Positions 59,949-64,000 of a DNA stretch of 64,000 nucleotides are shown in pieces. The stretch is taken from positions 1,568,001 through 1,632,000 of the forward strand of contig OZ243956.1 in assembly GCA_965214405.1 (NCBI GenBank). The letters are read 5' to 3'. The stretch's first letter is position 1. Each line of letters begins with the position of its first letter. Under the pieces are notes generated by a model. It was not told where the DNA came from and did not search any database. It saw only the letters and a list, made by a program, of their open reading frames with translations. The stretch comes from Trueperaceae bacterium (lineage in GTDB: Bacteria > Deinococcota > Deinococci > Deinococcales > Trueperaceae). The translations under genes and the position numbers were made by a program.

Positions 59949-61231
59949 CAATACTTCGGACAGGTATTGAAAAGAAGGAAGCCATCACGCTAGTTTGAAT
60001 GTGTGATGAAACAAACAGATGATGGCTTGCTAGAGATTATAGACGAAGCGCTGATAAAGATGCCAGGGGTAGGCAAATGGCAACGAGATTTTCTAAGACA
60101 GTTGTTCAGTACCGTGCTGTTGGTGTACGGCAAGCTCAACTTCAGCAACTTAGCCAGACATAGCGAACTGGATGAGAAAACGTACCGCAGAGGTTTTAGA
60201 CGAGACTTTGACTTCGAGATGTTCAACCTGCATTGTCTAGGGCAACGTACTACGAGCGGCGAACTGGTGGCAGCACTAGACGCGAGCTACTTAGCTAAAA
60301 GCGGGAAACAGACGTTTGGGCTGGGTAAATTTTACAGTGGCTGTATAGGTAGGGCAGTAAAAGGCTTAGAGATTAGTGAACTGGCTTTGATTGACCGTGA
60401 CAGCCGTCAGGCATTTGCTTTTTCAACGAGGCAGACTGTGGCTAAGGCGGGGAAAAGCCGCGTTGAGCAGTATGCCGAACACGTAGAAGCCTGTGCTGAA
60501 ACCTTGCCTAAAGAGGTCAACTATCTGCTGGTAGACGGCTATTACAGCAAGAAGGGGTTTGTTGACACAGTGTGTGCTCTAGGAAAGCTTGAGGTAGTGG
60601 GCAAACTACGCTGTGACGCCAACCTACGCTATCTCTACCGAGGAGCCTACTGTGGCAAAGGACGCCCTAAACGCTATGATGGCAAGGTTGATTTTGGAGA
60701 CCTGAGCCGGTTTGTTTATGAGAGCGAAACTGAACCGCAGCTTCACATCTATACGCAAACCCTTTGGCATGTTGGTTTGAAACGTCTTCTTCGCGTTGTG
60801 CTACTGCTCGATACCAGCAAAGCCAAACCTCGTTACATCTTGCTCTTTTCGACAGACCTGAGTCTTACCGGCAAGGAGATACTAGACCTTTACAAGTTAC
60901 GCTTCCAAATCGAATTCCTGTTTCGGGATGCTAAACAGTTTACAGGTCTTTGTGACTGCCAAGCCAGAGATGCAAAAGCACTTGCCTTTCATTTCAACAC
61001 CGCTTTATCGGCTGTTAATCTTGCCAAGTTAGACCTTCTAAACCAGCAAGAGGGAGAGCAAGCTTTCGTCTTCTCTTTAAGCAGTTACATCCACCGTTCT
61101 TTCAGTCACCGACTGCTTTCTCGACTTTTTGCAAGCTTAGACTTTGACCTCAGTTGCAATAAAGTTCAGTCCGCTTTTAACCATGCCCTTGCCTTCGGGC
61201 TAGCTTGTCCTTAAATCTGTCCGGAGTATTG
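59949..61231 (+). mobile_element. IS701/ISH3-like insertion sequence, 1283 bp
   Basis: 15-bp IRs CAATACTTCGGACAG / rc CAATACTCCGGACAG; 5-bp TSD GTTAA at 59944-48 and 61232-36. Confidence 0.85.
60003..61214 (+). CDS. DDE transposase
   Basis: LDASY, VDGYY, Y.LRFQIEFLFRDAKQ.TGL. Confidence 0.9.
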   Translation: MMKQTDDGLLEIIDEALIKMPGVGKWQRDFLRQLFSTVLLVYGKLNFSNLARHSELDEKTYRRGFRRDFDFEMFNLHCLGQRTTSGELVAALDASYLAKSGKQTFGLGKFYSGCIGRAVKGLEISELALIDRDSRQAFAFSTRQTVAKAGKSRVEQYAEHVEACAETLPKEVNYLLVDGYYSKKGFVDTVCALGKLEVVGKLRCDANLRYLYRGAYCGKGRPKRYDGKVDFGDLSRFVYESETEPQLHIYTQTLWHVGLKRLLRVVLLLDTSKAKPRYILLFSTDLSLTGKEILDLYKLRFQIEFLFRDAKQFTGLCDCQARDAKALAFHFNTALSAVNLAKLDLLNQQEGEQAFVFSLSSYIHRSFSHRLLSRLFASLDFDLSCNKVQSAFNHALAFGLACP

Positions 61232-61291
61232 GTTAATGGCTGTGCCTCATGTTAACCGTTAAACACGAGTCAGAACTTATTAGGAGAACTT

Positions 61292-62242
61292 ATGAAATTC
61301 GGAGCCGCCTCCTGGCCTTTCCAGTGGGACCCGCCTTACGAAAAAGCTATCCGGCGCATCTCGAGCCTCGGTTTCAAAGCTTTAGAGCTTATTGCCTGGG
61401 ACGAAGACTTTTTAGAAAGTTATTACACGCCCGCGAAGGTCAAAGAACTGAGGGAGGTGCTAAAAGGTGAAGGCGTAGAACTCTCCCAGTTCGTTTACAC
61501 GCATTTCGACCTGTCCCACCCTGACAAACCTAAGCGTCACAAAGCCGTTGAGGCGTTTCGTAAAGCTGTAGCGGTAGGCGCTGAACTCGGCAGCCCGCTT
61601 GTCAACAGCGTAGGTGCGTTGCCCTTCGGGATGCGTTATGGACAAGAGTTTCCCTGGTTCACGCAAAAGCCCCTCGTTCAGACGTTCAGCGCGCCCATGC
61701 CTCGGGGTCTTGACTGGGACGAGAATTACCGTCACTACGTTGAAGCTGTTAGGGCGTGCGCCAACGCCTGCGAAGAGGCGGGCGTCGTCTACACCGTCGA
61801 ACCTCACCCTTACGGTTACACCGCCAGCACGTCCGGCTGCCTGCGCCTCATCGAGCAGGTGGGCTCGCCCGCGCTCGGGATAAACTTTGACCCGAGTCAC
61901 ACCTTCCCCGTGGGCGACTTTCCGAACGTATCCGTTTACCAGCTCGGCAGCCGCATCAAGCACATCCACGTGTCCGACAATGACGCCGTGACCAACGTTC
62001 ATTGGCGACCGGGCGAGGGAAAGATCGACTGGAAGGCGATGTTCGGGGCGCTCAAAGAAGTAGGTTACGACGGGGTGGTGTCGATCGAACTCGAGGACGT
62101 ACCCGGCGTGTCACGAGGCGGCGCGGACGCCCCCGGCGTGTACAGAAACGAGACCGCCACCGACGAATTCGTCGCAGAGAACTTGGCGGGCGTTCGTTAC
62201 CTTAGGGGCGTGTGCGAGGAGGTAGGTATTGATGTTATATAG
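61292..62242 (+). CDS. Sugar phosphate isomerase/epimerase (AP-endonuclease-2 TIM barrel)
   Basis: VEPHP, NFDPSH, HIHVSDND, H..PGEGKIDW, GYDGVVSIE. Confidence 0.88.
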   Translation: MKFGAASWPFQWDPPYEKAIRRISSLGFKALELIAWDEDFLESYYTPAKVKELREVLKGEGVELSQFVYTHFDLSHPDKPKRHKAVEAFRKAVAVGAELGSPLVNSVGALPFGMRYGQEFPWFTQKPLVQTFSAPMPRGLDWDENYRHYVEAVRACANACEEAGVVYTVEPHPYGYTASTSGCLRLIEQVGSPALGINFDPSHTFPVGDFPNVSVYQLGSRIKHIHVSDNDAVTNVHWRPGEGKIDWKAMFGALKEVGYDGVVSIELEDVPGVSRGGADAPGVYRNETATDEFVAENLAGVRYLRGVCEEVGIDVI

Positions 62243-62269
62243 GCGGGTTTGTTGTAGGACGCCGTCCCG

Positions 62270-63769
62270 TTGAGGTGCGTTGTCGCCGTGGACCTCGGCA
62301 CAAGCGGCGTGCGCGCCGTGGCGTTCACCGAGGAGCTTGAGGTAAAGGCTGAGGCCAGTGGCGTCTACAGTTTTGAGACCCTAGCGGGGGGCGGCGCAGA
62401 ACAAGATGTGGGCGAGGTTATAAACGCCGCGCTTTCGTGTATAGCTAGTGTTACTACCTCGCTCGGTGGTGACGGAGTAGCCGCCTTATCCCTGTGCGGT
62501 ACGGCAAGTTGTCTTGCGGCGTTTGGTCGCTCCGAGGATGGCTATGAGCCGCTCGGTTCAGCCTGGATCTGGGCAGACACGCGCGCCCGCAAAGAGGCGC
62601 TCAGTCTGAAACGCCAGTTCGGGCGCCGCGCCTACAGCCGCACCGGCTGCCCGGCGCACGCCAGCTACTGGCCCGCCAAGCTCAGGTGGGCTCGGGAGCA
62701 CCGGGGCTTGTTTTTGGGGCGCGCTGACTTAATGCTTGCAGGCATTAAGGACTACCTGTATCAACTCCTCACAGGCGTGTGGTCAACGGACGAAGCGACC
62801 GCCGCTGCCACAGGACTTTACAACAGTCAGGACGGGCGCTGGGACGAGGAACTGCTCGAGTGGCTGGGATTGTCTGCTGGGGCGCTCCCGCAAGTGGAGG
62901 GGGCGACCACGCGGCGACCGCTGCTTTCGACCTGGCGAGCGCAGCTAGGGCTCGGCGAAGGCGTCCCGGTCGTGCTGGGCAGCCTCGACGGGGTGCTGGC
63001 CCATTTAGGCTTGGGTTGCGCCGGACCGGCAACGGCGAGCTGCATGATAGGAACGAGCGGGGCGGTCAGGCTGGGCGCGACAGAGAGGACGCTAGACACC
63101 AAGTCCCGCACCTGGAGCTACCCGCTGGCAGACGACTACTGGGTGGTAGGCGGCGCAAACAACAGCGGCGGCAACGTGCTGACGTGGCTTGGTCAGCTCC
63201 TCTCAGGCTTGAACGAAACGTCTGCCGCGTTCACGCCGGAAATTCTCCTTGACCACGCCGCCAAATCCCAAGCGGGCGCGAACGGGCTGCTTTTTCTACC
63301 TTACGTTTACGGGGAACGTAGCCCCCTGTGGCGCGAAGACCTGCAAGGAGCGTGGGTCGGTCTGTCACCCGTACACGCTACGGCTGACATGGCGCGCTCT
63401 GTCGTCGAGGGCATCAGCCTGAACCTCGCGGGACTACTAGAGGTTTTGAGTGACCAGGTCGCGCCCCCCCAAGAGATTCGGGCGACGGGCGGCTTCACCG
63501 CCTCAGAGCTGTGGCTGCAACTTCAGGCTGACGTATTCGGACGTCCAGTCTCGCTCGTTTCTGCCAAACAACCCACCTCGGCGGGCGCGGCGATGGTCGG
63601 CTGGCAGGCCCTGACGGGAGCCGACTACAAGGCGATGTCAGGTAAAGTATCCGTCGTTAAACAGATAACGCCTGATAATGGGTCACACCAGGCTTACCGA
63701 GAGAGTTACACAAATTTTGTTCGGGTTAGGGAGCGCCTCTTCGGGCTTTCATGCACACAGGAGGAATAA
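62270..63769 (+). CDS. FGGY carbohydrate kinase, gluconokinase-like
   Basis: VDLGTSGVR, W.D.RA, IGTSGAVR, FLPY..GERSP, TGGF. Confidence 0.88.
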   Translation: MRCVVAVDLGTSGVRAVAFTEELEVKAEASGVYSFETLAGGGAEQDVGEVINAALSCIASVTTSLGGDGVAALSLCGTASCLAAFGRSEDGYEPLGSAWIWADTRARKEALSLKRQFGRRAYSRTGCPAHASYWPAKLRWAREHRGLFLGRADLMLAGIKDYLYQLLTGVWSTDEATAAATGLYNSQDGRWDEELLEWLGLSAGALPQVEGATTRRPLLSTWRAQLGLGEGVPVVLGSLDGVLAHLGLGCAGPATASCMIGTSGAVRLGATERTLDTKSRTWSYPLADDYWVVGGANNSGGNVLTWLGQLLSGLNETSAAFTPEILLDHAAKSQAGANGLLFLPYVYGERSPLWREDLQGAWVGLSPVHATADMARSVVEGISLNLAGLLEVLSDQVAPPQEIRATGGFTASELWLQLQADVFGRPVSLVSAKQPTSAGAAMVGWQALTGADYKAMSGKVSVVKQITPDNGSHQAYRESYTNFVRVRERLFGLSCTQEE

Positions 63770-63773
63770 GTTT

Positions 63774-64000
63774 ATGGCGACCAACGTTTTTTTTATAGGT
63801 ACATACACCGAGCCCATTTTGTTCGGCACGGGTCAGGTCCTAGAGGGTAAAGGTGAAGGCATCTACGCCTACGCCCTTGACCCAGCAACAGGCACCGCTG
63901 AGCTACTGAACATCACTAAGGGGGTTCGTAACCCGTCCTACTTAGCGTTCGACCCGGCGCGCAAGTTCTGTATGCGGTGAACGAGTTCAAAGAATTTGAG
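63774..64000 (+). pseudogene. 6-phosphogluconolactonase/lactonase-family gene, 5' part, with a 1-bp frameshift near 63967
   Basis: FIGTYT...GEGIY...NPSYLAFDP; the conserved LYAVNE continues in a different frame (AAG TT CTG TAT GCG GTG AAC GAG). Confidence 0.7.

Overview
64 kb of a GC-rich bacterial chromosome. The gene content, many leaderless starts and style suggest Deinococcota, probably Truepera-like; this is inference. Most of it is housekeeping: folC, plsY, recO, sdhCDAB, ggt, cobB, a deoxynucleoside kinase pair, murE, dps, pdp, moeB, comF, surE, an M16 peptidase pair, a methionine gamma-lyase-like gene, a thiamine ABC/thiN cluster and era. Five unrelated IS elements (IS5, IS630, IS4, ISLre2-like, IS701-like) have definable ends, and there is one putative IS5-type MITE. 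An accessory island at about 34.4-43.2 kb carries an AT-rich calcineurin-like phosphoesterase + STAND-NTPase gene, a candidate NLR/Avs-like anti-phage gene. It is split by two ISs, one with a probable adjacent deletion. It is followed by a TA remnant, mazEF, a nonsense-inactivated GNAT gene and an IS-disrupted corA. A LysR-controlled sugar-catabolic operon at the right end shows signs of decay. The most striking non-genic signals are strong over-representation of the palindrome CTCGAG (HIP1-like, missing from recently acquired DNA) and a ~190-nt imperfect hairpin upstream of era (candidate ncRNA).
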